DNA of 64,000 bases from Candidatus Sysuimicrobium tengchongense (GTDB lineage Bacteria; Sysuimicrobiota; Sysuimicrobiia; Sysuimicrobiales; Sysuimicrobiaceae): contig JAVKGW010000004.1 of NCBI GenBank assembly GCA_031460175.1, positions 59,303 to 123,302 of the forward strand, given 5' to 3'. Below, piece by piece: positions 1 through 8,616 of this stretch. Within the stretch, counting starts at the first letter, position 1. Each line of letters starts with the position of its first letter. Made by a program: the position numbers and the translations under genes. The notes below the pieces were generated by a model. The model saw only the letters and a list, made by a program, of their open reading frames with translations, did not search any database and was not told the origin of the DNA.

Positions 1-2
1 CG

Positions 3-494
3 GACTCCCCCGTCACCATCACCCCGACCCTCCGGGAAGCGGAGGAGGCCATCGGGGCGGGCGCCCACATCCTCGCCCTGGACGCCACCGGCCGGCCCCG
101 ACCCGGAGGGGTCCCGCTTCCACAGCTCGTGCGGGAGATCCGCGGGCGCTGGGGGATTCCCCTCTGGGCGGACGTGAGCAACGTGGAGGAGGGAGTGGAG
201 GCGGCCCGGATGGGATTCGACGTGGTGGCCACCACCCTGGCGGGGTACACGGAGGCCCCCGGACCCCGTGATCCCTATGCTCCGGATTTCGCACTGCTCA
301 AGCGCTTGGTGGAGACGGTGACGGAGCGGTTCGGGGTCCCCGTGGTGGCGGAGGGTCGGATCTGGGAGCCGCATCAGGCGCGGCGGTGTTTGGAGCTGGG
401 CGCATTTGCGGTGGTGGTCGGAAGCGCCATCACCCGCCCTCAGCTCATCACGCGGCGGTTTGTGACGGCCATGAAGGGAGGAGAGCATGCGTAG
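3..494 (+). CDS. nanE: N-acetylmannosamine-6-phosphate 2-epimerase, 5' end runs off the window start
   Basis: The frame is open from the window edge. Its translation, DSPVTITPTLREAEEAIGAGAHILALDATGRPRPGG...VATTLAGYT...DFALLKRLV...VAEGRIWEP...LELGAFAVVVGSAITRP...RRFV, matches the characteristic NanE blocks (ALDAT-RPRP, GTTLSGYT, AEGRI, VVVGSAITRP). Confidence 0.85.
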   Translation, partial: DSPVTITPTLREAEEAIGAGAHILALDATGRPRPGGVPLPQLVREIRGRWGIPLWADVSNVEEGVEAARMGFDVVATTLAGYTEAPGPRDPYAPDFALLKRLVETVTERFGVPVVAEGRIWEPHQARRCLELGAFAVVVGSAITRPQLITRRFVTAMKGGEHA

Positions 495-1728
495 GACCCT
501 GGGCATCGCCATCGCGTCCCTCCTGCTGACCGCGTCGGTCCAGGCGGGAGCGCCGGAGATCCGCCTGGAGTTCTGGACCATCTCCCTGCGGCCTTTCTTC
601 ACGGACTACATCACGGAGCTCGCCCGCACCTACGAGCGGCAGAACCCCGGCGTGCGGGTGCGGTGGGTGGATCAGCCCGTGGGCGCCGTGGTGCAGAAGC
701 TCCTGGGAAGCCTCGCGGCGGGAACCCCCCCGGACGTGGTAAACCTCAACGTCCCCATGACCGCGGAGCTGGCCCAGCAGGGGGGGCTCTTTCCGCTCGG
801 GGATCTGTTGCGGCCCGAGGACCGCGACCGGTACTTCGAGGGGATGCTCCGGTCCTTCGAGATCGCGGGGAAGCTCTACGGCCTCCCCTGGTACGTGGCG
901 CCCCCCGTGGTGGCCTACCACGTGGGGATCTGGCGGCGGGCCGGGCTGGACCCGGATCGCCCGCCCCGCACCGCGGAGGAGCTGGTCGCGTACGCGAAGC
1001 GGATCAAGGACCGCACGGGCCTGTACGGGTTTATGCCCAACGTGGACGGCACGAACCTCCTGCAGCGGTTCCAGGAAGCGGGGCTTCCCATCCTGGCGGG
1101 AGGACGGGCGGTTTTTCACTCCGACCGTCACGTGCGGGAGCTCGAGCGGTGGGTGCGGCTCTTCCGGCAGGACTACTTCCCCGAGGAGACCCTGCGCCGG
1201 GGGTATCTGGGGGCCACGGAGCGCTACACCGCGGGACAGCTCGGCATGCTCATCACGGGCCCGCAGTTCCTGCTCCGGGTGCGGCACGACAACCGCGCGG
1301 TCTACGACCAGACGCGGGTGGGGCCCTATCCCCTCGACCGGGGCCGGGTGATCCACGCACCCCTCATGGGCCTCGCGGTTCCCAGGACCACCCGGCACCC
1401 GCGGGAGGCGGTGCGGTTCGCCCTGTACGTGACGGAGGACCGCAACCAGCTGGCCTTCTGCCGGATCGTCACCATCTTCCCCACCACCAAGGCCGCGGCC
1501 CGGGATCCCTTCTTCACCCGGCTTCCGCCGAAGCCCACCCCGGAGGACCACGCGCGCGTCCTCGACGCCCGCCAGCTCCCCTATGCCCGGGACCTCACCG
1601 TGGTGGTGCCGCACCAGGGGGAGCTCATGAAGGCCTTCCGGGACAACGTGGAGGCCGCCTTCTTCGGCCGCAAGACACCCAAGCAGGCCCTGGACGACGC
1701 GGTGCGCTTTTGGAATGCGCGGCTCTAG
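487..1728 (+). CDS. Sugar ABC transporter substrate-binding protein (CUT1-type, extracellular solute-binding family 1)
   Basis: The N-terminal signal peptide MRRTLGIAIASLLLTASVQA is followed by a fold typical of CUT1 sugar-binding proteins. It overlaps the nanE stop and the downstream permease start. Confidence 0.85.
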   Translation: MRRTLGIAIASLLLTASVQAGAPEIRLEFWTISLRPFFTDYITELARTYERQNPGVRVRWVDQPVGAVVQKLLGSLAAGTPPDVVNLNVPMTAELAQQGGLFPLGDLLRPEDRDRYFEGMLRSFEIAGKLYGLPWYVAPPVVAYHVGIWRRAGLDPDRPPRTAEELVAYAKRIKDRTGLYGFMPNVDGTNLLQRFQEAGLPILAGGRAVFHSDRHVRELERWVRLFRQDYFPEETLRRGYLGATERYTAGQLGMLITGPQFLLRVRHDNRAVYDQTRVGPYPLDRGRVIHAPLMGLAVPRTTRHPREAVRFALYVTEDRNQLAFCRIVTIFPTTKAAARDPFFTRLPPKPTPEDHARVLDARQLPYARDLTVVVPHQGELMKAFRDNVEAAFFGRKTPKQALDDAVRFWNARL

Positions 1729-2638
1729 AGCCCTCTCCCTCGCCCCGGCCCGCTCCCTCGCGGGGCCGCGGCTGCGCACCACCCTCACGGCCTACCTCTT
1801 CCTGGCCCCGGCCCTGGTGCTGCTCGGGGCCTTCACCTTCGCACCCCTCGCCTTCGGCACCCTCCTTGCCTTCGCGGACTACAACGTCCTTGCCCCGCCC
1901 CGGTGGGTGGGAGCGGAGAACTTCCGGACCCTCGCGCGGGATCCCGCCTTCTGGGTGGCCCTCCGGAACTCCCTCCGCTACCTCCTGGTGGTGCCCGCCA
2001 TCCAGGTCGCAGCCCTGGCGCTGGCGCTCCTGGTGAACCGCCGGCTCCCGGGGATCACCCTGTTCCGGGCCGCCTACTACGTCCCCGTGATCACCTCCTT
2101 CGCGGTGGCGGGGTTGATGTGGAACTGGATGTACGCCCAGCACGGGGTGGTGAACTGGGTGGGGCTCCGCCTGGGCCTGCTGGCGCGGCCCTTCGACTGG
2201 CTCAACCACCCCACCCTCGCCCTCTACGCGGTAATGCTCGTCACCTTCTGGAAGGGGATCGGGTACTACATGGTGCTGTACCTGGCGGGCCTGCAGGCGG
2301 TCCCGCAGGAGCTCCTGGAGGCCGCCCGGGTGGACGGCGCGGGTCGGGTTCAGGCGTTCCTCCTCGTCACCCTCCCCCTGCTGCGGCCCACCCTGCTCCT
2401 GTGCACCCTCCTCTCCACCCTGGCCGCGGTGAAGGTCTTCGAGGAGGTGTACGTGATGACGGGAGGAGGGCCGTTCGGGCAGACCACCACGGCCCTCCTG
2501 TACGTCTACCAGAAGGCTTTCCAGGAGTTCCGGTTCGGGCTCGCGGCCGCCGCGGGGCTGTTCGTGGCCGCCCTGGGCCTCGGGCTCTCGCTGCTATACG
2601 TCCGCCTCTTCCGGGAAGGGGGGCTGCGGCCGTGGTGA
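1715..2638 (+). CDS. Sugar ABC transporter permease (MalF-like)
   Basis: Multiple TM segments and an EAA loop (QAVPQELLEAARVDGAGRVQAFLLVTLPLLRPTL). It overlaps the binding-protein stop. Confidence 0.85.
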   Translation: MRGSRALSLAPARSLAGPRLRTTLTAYLFLAPALVLLGAFTFAPLAFGTLLAFADYNVLAPPRWVGAENFRTLARDPAFWVALRNSLRYLLVVPAIQVAALALALLVNRRLPGITLFRAAYYVPVITSFAVAGLMWNWMYAQHGVVNWVGLRLGLLARPFDWLNHPTLALYAVMLVTFWKGIGYYMVLYLAGLQAVPQELLEAARVDGAGRVQAFLLVTLPLLRPTLLLCTLLSTLAAVKVFEEVYVMTGGGPFGQTTTALLYVYQKAFQEFRFGLAAAAGLFVAALGLGLSLLYVRLFREGGLRPW

Positions 2639-3459
2639 GGAAACTCCGGGTCGCCCTGGGTCACGCGCTCCTGTACGGGCTGCTCTGCGGGATCGCCCTG
2701 CTCACCCTCTTCCCATTCCTGTGGACCCTCAGCACGGCCCTGAGCACCGCGGGAGGCGTCTTTACGTTCCCGCCCCGCCTGATTCCGGAACGCCCGGGGC
2801 TTGCGAACTTCGTGGAAGTGGTCCAGGCCCTCCCGGTGGGCCGCTACTTCCTAAACTCCGTGCTCCTCACCGTCTACGGCGTGCTGGGGACGCTTCTCGT
2901 GTGCAGCCTCGCCGCCTACCCGCTGGCCCGGATGGACTTTCCGGGCCGGGACGCGATCCTCGCCGCCCTGCTGGGCACGCTGCTCCTGCCGAACGAGGCC
3001 GGGTTCGTGGTGAACTTCCTCACCCTCGGAAGGCTGGGGCTTGTGAACACCTACACGGGCGTGGTCCTGCCCTCCCTGGCCTCCGTGGTGGGCATTTTCC
3101 TGCTGCGCCAAGCCTACCTCGCCATCCCCCAGGAGCTACTGGATGCGGCCCGGGTGGATGGGGCTTCGGAGCTCCGGATCTGGGCGCGGGTCGTACTTCC
3201 CCTCAGCCGCCCCGCCCTCGCGGCTCTGGGGATCCTCTCCTCCGTGGCCTACTGGAACGCCTTCATCTGGCCCCTCGTGGTCCTCCGGGACCCGGACCGG
3301 TACCCGCTCGCGGTGGGGCTGCTGTACCTGCAGGGGCTGTTCGCCCACAACACCCGTCTCATCGCTGCGGGCACAGTGCTGGCCATGCTGCCGATCCTGG
3401 CGATGTTCGTGTTTGCCCAGCGATCCTTCATGCGGGGACTGGAGGGGGCGGTTCGATGA
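2632..3459 (+). CDS. Sugar ABC transporter permease (MalG-like)
   Basis: The EAA motif (AIPQELLDAARVDGASELRIWARVVLPLSRPAL) is present. Only the 3' part of the long ORF 1903..3459 is protein-like; I chose the GTG start overlapping the upstream permease stop at 2636-2638. Confidence 0.8.
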   Translation: MVRKLRVALGHALLYGLLCGIALLTLFPFLWTLSTALSTAGGVFTFPPRLIPERPGLANFVEVVQALPVGRYFLNSVLLTVYGVLGTLLVCSLAAYPLARMDFPGRDAILAALLGTLLLPNEAGFVVNFLTLGRLGLVNTYTGVVLPSLASVVGIFLLRQAYLAIPQELLDAARVDGASELRIWARVVLPLSRPALAALGILSSVAYWNAFIWPLVVLRDPDRYPLAVGLLYLQGLFAHNTRLIAAGTVLAMLPILAMFVFAQRSFMRGLEGAVR

Positions 3460-4826
3460 CGACACCGCCGATCGTGGAGGTGGACCGGACCTGGGACGTG
3501 ATCGTGGTGGGCGGGGGCACCGCGGGGGCCATGGCGGGAATCGCGGCCGCCCGCATGAAGGCCCGCACCCTGGTGGTGGAGGCCTTCGGGTTTCTGGGCG
3601 GGACCGCCACGGGGGCCCTCGTCACCCCCATGATGCGCAACACCGCGGGCGGGGCGAACCTCAACCGGGGGCTCACGGAGGAGCTCAAGGCCCGGCTACG
3701 AGCCCGCGGAGATGCCGGGATCAGCCCCGACGGCAACGACAACTGGTTCAACCCCGAGGGGATGAAGTTCGTGCTGGAGGAGATGCTGCTCGAGGCCGGC
3801 GGGGAGGTGCTCTACCACACCCACTTCGTGCACCCGGAGGTGGAAGGGGGATGGGTGCACGGGATCCTGGTGCACAACAAGGGGGGGCTATGGCGACTGC
3901 GGGCCCGGGTGTTCGTGGATGCCACCGGGGACGCGGACCTGGCGGCGCGGGCGGGCGCGCCGTACGCAGGCGGGGATGAGGCCGGGGTCCACCAGGCGAT
4001 GACCCTCCGGTTCCACCTGGGCCACGTGGATCTATCCCGCCTCCACGACTTCCTTGTGGGGATCGGCATGCCGCAGCTGGGCCCGCGGTTCCTGCACCTG
4101 TGGATGGTGTGGGGCCGGGGCTCGCCGCTGGAACCCCTCTTCCGGCGGGCCGTGGAGGAGGGGGTGCTGCTCGAGCGGGACGGCGATTACTTCCAGGCCT
4201 TCAGCGTGCCCGGCCGGCCCGGGGAACTCTCCTTCAACTGCCCCCGCATCCGATCCGACCTCCACGACGGCACGGACCCCTGGCAGCTCTCGGCGGCCCA
4301 GGTGGACGGGCGCCGGGCCATCGAGCGGCTCGTGGCGTTTTGCCGTCGTTACCTCCCCGGCTGCGAGCACGCTTACGTGGTGATGGTGGCGCCCATGGTG
4401 GGCGTGCGGGAGACCCGGAGGATCGTGGGCGACTACGTGCTCACCCTGGAGGACATCCTCCAGTGCCGTACCTTCCCGGATGCCATCTGCCGCAACCATT
4501 ACCCCGTGGACATCCACCCGGTGCGGGGCGAGCGGCTCCGGTACGAGGACCGGGGGGAAGCTCCGTACTTCCGGCCCGAGGCCTACCATGAGATCCCGTA
4601 TCGGTGTCTGATCCCGCGGGGGCTGGAGAACGTGCTGGTGGCGGGGCGGTGCATCTCCGCCACCTTCGAGGCCCAGGCTTCCATCCGCATCCAGCAGAAC
4701 GCCCATGCCATGGGCCAGGCTGCGGGCGTGGCCGCGGCTCTCGCGGCCCTGCGGGGCGTGGGCGTGCGGGAGGTGGACGGCCGGGCGCTCCGGGAGCTTT
4801 TGCGGCAGCAGGGGGCGTACCTGTGA
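3456..4826 (+). CDS. FAD-dependent oxidoreductase (GIDA/FAD_oxidored-like Rossmann protein)
   Basis: The N-terminal dinucleotide-binding motif DVIVVGGGTAGAMAGIAAAR is present. The ATG at 3456 overlaps the permease stop (ATGA). The upstream part of ORF 2721..4826 is non-protein-like. Confidence 0.8.
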   Translation: MTTPPIVEVDRTWDVIVVGGGTAGAMAGIAAARMKARTLVVEAFGFLGGTATGALVTPMMRNTAGGANLNRGLTEELKARLRARGDAGISPDGNDNWFNPEGMKFVLEEMLLEAGGEVLYHTHFVHPEVEGGWVHGILVHNKGGLWRLRARVFVDATGDADLAARAGAPYAGGDEAGVHQAMTLRFHLGHVDLSRLHDFLVGIGMPQLGPRFLHLWMVWGRGSPLEPLFRRAVEEGVLLERDGDYFQAFSVPGRPGELSFNCPRIRSDLHDGTDPWQLSAAQVDGRRAIERLVAFCRRYLPGCEHAYVVMVAPMVGVRETRRIVGDYVLTLEDILQCRTFPDAICRNHYPVDIHPVRGERLRYEDRGEAPYFRPEAYHEIPYRCLIPRGLENVLVAGRCISATFEAQASIRIQQNAHAMGQAAGVAAALAALRGVGVREVDGRALRELLRQQGAYL

Positions 4827-6337
4827 CCGTGCTGTTCGTCCCGCCCGATACCCGGCCTCATCCCCTGGACCTTCCCCTGCAGCTGGCGCGGATCGCGGGG
4901 CTGGATGTTCGCACGCCGCCTGCTCCCTGCCTTCCCCGACTCAACGAACCCGGAGATCTCGAGGCCCTGCACGGATGGCTAATGGAGGGGGCCCAGGAGG
5001 CCACGGCAGCCGTGGTGAGCCTTGAAACCCTCACCCTGGGCGGCCTCATCCCCTCCCGGCGGGTGGAGACGCCTGTGGAGGAGGCGGTGCGGAGGCTGGA
5101 AGTGCTCGAGACGCTGCGGGCCCGGGGCGTGCGCATCTACGCGCACGCCACCATCCCCCGGGTGGCCACGGGGGACGATCCCTTCGAGGAGAGGCCGTAC
5201 TACGCGCGATTCGGCCCGCAGCTGCGGTCGTACAGCCTGTGGGCGGACCGGGCCGCGCGAGGAGACCCCGGGGCGGCACAGCGGCTAGAGGAGGTGAGAC
5301 ACGCCCTCCCTCCGGAAGTCCTCGCGGACTTCCTGGTTCTACGGGAGCGCGGCCGAAGGATCCACCTGGAGGCCCTGGAGCTCGTGCGGCGGGGGGTTCT
5401 CAAGCGGCTGCACCTCACCCTGGACGACACCGCGCCCGAGGGCCTTTCCGTGATGGACCGCCGGTTCCTCTCCGAGCGCGTCCGAGCCCTCGGCCTCCAG
5501 GACCGCGTGCGGATCTACCCGGGCGCAGACGAGGTTCCGTGCACCCTCCTTGCCCGGTTGCTGCTGGATGAAGTCGCCCGCAGGCCGCGGGTCCGGGTGA
5601 TCTCCCCCGTGGCAGACCTTGAGCGGATTCCCACCCGGTACGAGGACGAACCCCTGGGAAGATTGCTGCGCGGTCACCTGGAGGCCGCGGGCCTCCGGGA
5701 GGCCGGGCCGGGGGAGGAAGCGGATCTCGTGGTGGCCCTGAACGCGCCGGGCCGGGCCCAGGGCGAGGCCGCGCATCAGCCAGATCCCGGGTGGGTGGAC
5801 ACCCCGGAGCGGGACCTGGGAGCCTTTGTGGACCGCATCGGGGAAGCCGTGCGCGCCGGCTTACCGGTGGCGGTCCTGGACGTGGCCTACGCGAACGGCG
5901 CGGACGACCGGTTCGTGCGCCTCCTGTTGGACCGGGTGGACCCCACCCGGCTTGCGGCCTACGCGGGGTGGAACACCGCGGGAAACACCCTCGGAAGTGG
6001 CCTTGGACTCGGGGTGGCGACCCTGCTCGGGACGAATCCCCTGCCCCGACTGGAGGCGCTCCTCGTGCGGCTCGCGGAGGACTGGCTCTATCAGGCCCGG
6101 GTGCGGCAGGAGGCGGACCGGGCCCTGGAACACCCCGACCCTTACGACCTCGGGCCCCTCTGGCCCCGTGCCCAGGAGGAAGTGCGTGGACGCCTCGTTC
6201 CCCGCATCGAGGCCCTGTGGCGGGAGCACTTCGCCCCGAGGCTTCCTTCTGTCGCCCTCCGCCTGGAGCCGCCGGAGCTCAGTTGGCCTCGGCTGCACGG
6301 CGTCCGGGTCCGGCTGCGGATCGTGCCCGGAGGGTGA
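4823..6337 (+). CDS. Conserved hypothetical protein, about 500 aa (possibly DUF4127 family; recalled, not verified)
   Basis: The GTG at 4823 overlaps the oxidoreductase stop (GTGA). The protein-like translation starts VTVLFVPPDTRPHPLD... The upstream part of ORF 4604..6337 is low-complexity. Confidence 0.6.
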   Translation: MTVLFVPPDTRPHPLDLPLQLARIAGLDVRTPPAPCLPRLNEPGDLEALHGWLMEGAQEATAAVVSLETLTLGGLIPSRRVETPVEEAVRRLEVLETLRARGVRIYAHATIPRVATGDDPFEERPYYARFGPQLRSYSLWADRAARGDPGAAQRLEEVRHALPPEVLADFLVLRERGRRIHLEALELVRRGVLKRLHLTLDDTAPEGLSVMDRRFLSERVRALGLQDRVRIYPGADEVPCTLLARLLLDEVARRPRVRVISPVADLERIPTRYEDEPLGRLLRGHLEAAGLREAGPGEEADLVVALNAPGRAQGEAAHQPDPGWVDTPERDLGAFVDRIGEAVRAGLPVAVLDVAYANGADDRFVRLLLDRVDPTRLAAYAGWNTAGNTLGSGLGLGVATLLGTNPLPRLEALLVRLAEDWLYQARVRQEADRALEHPDPYDLGPLWPRAQEEVRGRLVPRIEALWREHFAPRLPSVALRLEPPELSWPRLHGVRVRLRIVPGG

Positions 6338-6340
6338 GCC

Positions 6341-7216
6341 GTGAGCTCGGTGATCCTGGCCCTGGACATCGGCGGCACCAAGATCGCCGCGGCCCGGGTG
6401 GTGGAAGGGGTTGTGCTGGAGCGGCGGGAGGTCCCCACCCCCGCTCGGGAAGGGCCCCAAGCGGTGATCCGCACCGCCCTGAGCCTCCTCGAGGACTGGA
6501 GGCGGGGGGCCGTGGGGCTCGGGGTGGCGAGCGGAGGGGTCGTCCACCGGGGTCGGGTGGTCCACGCGAACCCCCGCGTCCTGCCCGACTGGGAAGGGTT
6601 GGACCTGAGGGCGGTGTTCCGGGCAACCACGGGGCTACCGGTGGAGGTTTTGAACGACGCCCAGGCCGCGGCCTGGGGGGAGTACCGATACGGCGCGGGC
6701 CGGGGTCTTGAATCCCTGGCCTTCGTCACCGTCTCCACGGGGATCGGCGCGGGGCTGGTGCTCGGAGGCCGGCTCCTCTTGGGTACCGCGGGGCTCGCGG
6801 GCCACCTGGGGCACACGGTCTGCGAGCCGGAGGGGGAAGCGTGCGGGTGCGGCCGGAGGGGGTGCCTGGAGACCGTGGCCTCCGGGATGGCCCTCGCGGA
6901 GGCCGCCCGCCGGCGGTTCGGAGTCCCCCTCGACGCCCGGACGGTGTTGGAGCGGGCTCAGCACGGGAATCCGGAAGCTTGCGCGCTCGTGGACCGTGCG
7001 GCCGAAGCCCTCGCGCAGGCCCTGGGAGATCTCCAGGCCCTCGTGGACCCCCAGGCCGTGGTGCTGGGAGGAGGCGTGGGTCTCAACCCCTATTACCGGG
7101 GGCGCCTGGAGGCCGCCCTCTCCCGCCTTCCCGGTCCCTTCCGCCCCCGCTTGCTCCCCTCCGCCCTGGGACCGGACGCGGGCCTGCTGGGGGTGGCGGA
7201 CCGGGTAGGACTTTGA
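6341..7216 (+). CDS. ROK family sugar kinase (probable N-acetylmannosamine/N-acetylglucosamine kinase)
   Basis: The translation shows LALDIGGTKIAAA, the Zn motif CEPEGEACGCGRRGCLE, and a length of 291 aa as in NanK. It sits 3 nt after the upstream gene. Confidence 0.8.
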   Translation: MSSVILALDIGGTKIAAARVVEGVVLERREVPTPAREGPQAVIRTALSLLEDWRRGAVGLGVASGGVVHRGRVVHANPRVLPDWEGLDLRAVFRATTGLPVEVLNDAQAAAWGEYRYGAGRGLESLAFVTVSTGIGAGLVLGGRLLLGTAGLAGHLGHTVCEPEGEACGCGRRGCLETVASGMALAEAARRRFGVPLDARTVLERAQHGNPEACALVDRAAEALAQALGDLQALVDPQAVVLGGGVGLNPYYRGRLEAALSRLPGPFRPRLLPSALGPDAGLLGVADRVGL

Positions 7217-7553
7217 GGCCGCAATCCCCTAACTCGTTACAACGCGGTCAGGAGGAGGGCTACGGATGGCGGTCCGAATCGACCTGCCCCACATACCCGG
7301 ACCGTGCAGGCCTACCGTCTGGGCCGTGAGGCGGAAGTCCACCACGCCCCCGAGCGGGTGGGCCTGGACCCGGAACTCCCCGGGTTCGAGCTGGAGCCCG
7401 GGCCCGTGTTCGAGGACTGAAAAGGCGAAGCACCCTGAAGGGAGTCTGCTTCTCGGCATCGTGGTCTCCTTAGGCCGGCTCCAGAACCCCTCCATGACCT
7501 CGTCCAGCTCCGCGATACCTCGCCGCGACTGGTAGCGGTACAATCGTCCTGCG

Positions 7554-8327
7554 ATGCCGTTCACCGTGGAGGACTTCCAGGATCTCCTCCGGCTGCTGGA
7601 ACAACAGCCCCACTGGAAGAGTGCCCTGAGGGCGGCTCTGCTGGGCGAGGAGTTCCTGCAGCTCCCCGTCCTGGTCCGGGACCTGGTGGAAGCCCAGCGG
7701 CGCACCGAAGAGGAGTTGCGGCGGCTCGCGGACGCCCAGCGACGCACGGAGGAGCGGCTGGAGCGTCTGGAGCAGGCGGTGGCTCAGCTCGCGGAAGCCC
7801 AGCGGCGCACGGAGGAGCGACTGGAGCGCCTGGAGCAGGTGGTGGCTCAGCTCGCGGAAGCCCAGCGACGCACGGAGGAGACCGTGCGAACCCTTGTTCG
7901 GGAGGTCGGGGCGCTCAAGGGCGAGACTCTGGAGCGCCGCTACCGGGAGAGGGCTGCGAGCTACTTCCAGCGGATCCTCCGTCGCATCCGGGTGGTGGAT
8001 CACCAGCAGCTGGGACTGCTCCTGGACGATGCGCTGGACGCCGGCCACATCAGCCCGGAGGAGCGGGCGGACGTGCTGGAAGCGGACGTGGTGGCGGTGG
8101 GGCTTCGAGACGGCGAGGAGGTGTACCTCCTGGCGGAGGTCTCCGGTACGGTGACCGCCCATGACGTCCGACGTGCCCGGCGCAGGGCCGAGGTCCTGCA
8201 GCGGGCCGTGGGAAGGCCGGTCTTGAGCGCGGTCGCCGGAGAAGTCCTCTCCGACGATCCGGAGACGCTGGCAGAGGCCATGCAGGTGTGGCGCGTCCTG
8301 GACGGTCGGGCCGACCCCCCGGTTTAA
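7554..8327 (+). CDS. Hypothetical coiled-coil protein with tandem 21-aa repeats and a C-terminal restriction-endonuclease-like (Uma2/DUF820-like?) region
   Basis: The translation contains the repeats AQRRTEERLERLEQ[A/V]VAQLAE, then a C-terminal block ...EADVVAVGLRDGEEVYLLAEVSGTVTAHD... A TACAAT box lies 9 nt upstream of the ATG. Confidence 0.6.
   Translation: MPFTVEDFQDLLRLLEQQPHWKSALRAALLGEEFLQLPVLVRDLVEAQRRTEEELRRLADAQRRTEERLERLEQAVAQLAEAQRRTEERLERLEQVVAQLAEAQRRTEETVRTLVREVGALKGETLERRYRERAASYFQRILRRIRVVDHQQLGLLLDDALDAGHISPEERADVLEADVVAVGLRDGEEVYLLAEVSGTVTAHDVRRARRRAEVLQRAVGRPVLSAVAGEVLSDDPETLAEAMQVWRVLDGRADPPV
7691..7885 (+). repeat. In-frame 63-bp tandem repeat, about 3 copies (gcccagcgRcgcacggaggagcgRctggagcgYctggagcaggYggtggctcagctcgcggaa)
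   Basis: Near-identical 63-nt units appear at about 7733-7795 and 7796-7858, with diverged or partial copies on either side. They encode the 21-aa coiled-coil repeat. Confidence 0.8.
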
Positions 8328-8352
8328 GAGCGCCCCACAAACGCGGAGCCTG

Positions 8353-8372
8353 GGGTCCCCTTTGGGGGACCC
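8353..8372 (+). terminator. GC-rich hairpin (GGGTCCCC-TTTG-GGGGACCC) 26 nt after the 7554..8327 stop; possible terminator without a clear U-tract
   Basis: The sequence shows a perfect 8-bp inverted repeat. Confidence 0.3.
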
Positions 8373-8616
8373 GCCCAGTACCAGGGATGTTGGCTGGCTC
8401 TGAGCGGTTTTGTCAGGCGCTCCAGGTGTCGGATGCGCGAACCGGGAGGCTCAGCGCAGGGCCGATGCGGTCGGGCCATTCCAGCTCAAGCGCCCGCATC
8501 CCGGCCCGTAGCGCTTCCCGCAGCCGGGCCCGGCTGCGCGTAGATCCTCGCGATGGCGGATCTGATCCGACAGAGATCCTGGAGGGATTTGCGGGCGCAG
8601 GCTTCTCAGGCCGGAA

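Noticed and set aside
663-2036. Long ORFs in alternative frames or antisense to real genes (for example 663..2036+, 448..1788-, 8682..10535-, 13487..15880+, 18286..20007-, 21111..23564+, 24911..26770-, 47523..50780+, 43892..46399-, 41562..42665-).
   Set aside because: Their translations are low-complexity (R/G/P/A-rich), overlap well-supported genes, and are the expected stop-codon-poor artefact of a ~70% GC genome.
7229-7459. Minus-strand 76-codon ORF with an excellent AAGGAGA SD.
   Set aside because: Its third-codon-position GC is low, atypical for this genome, and it is antisense to the high-GC3 plus-strand ORF. It was kept only as part of the spacer observation, not as a gene.
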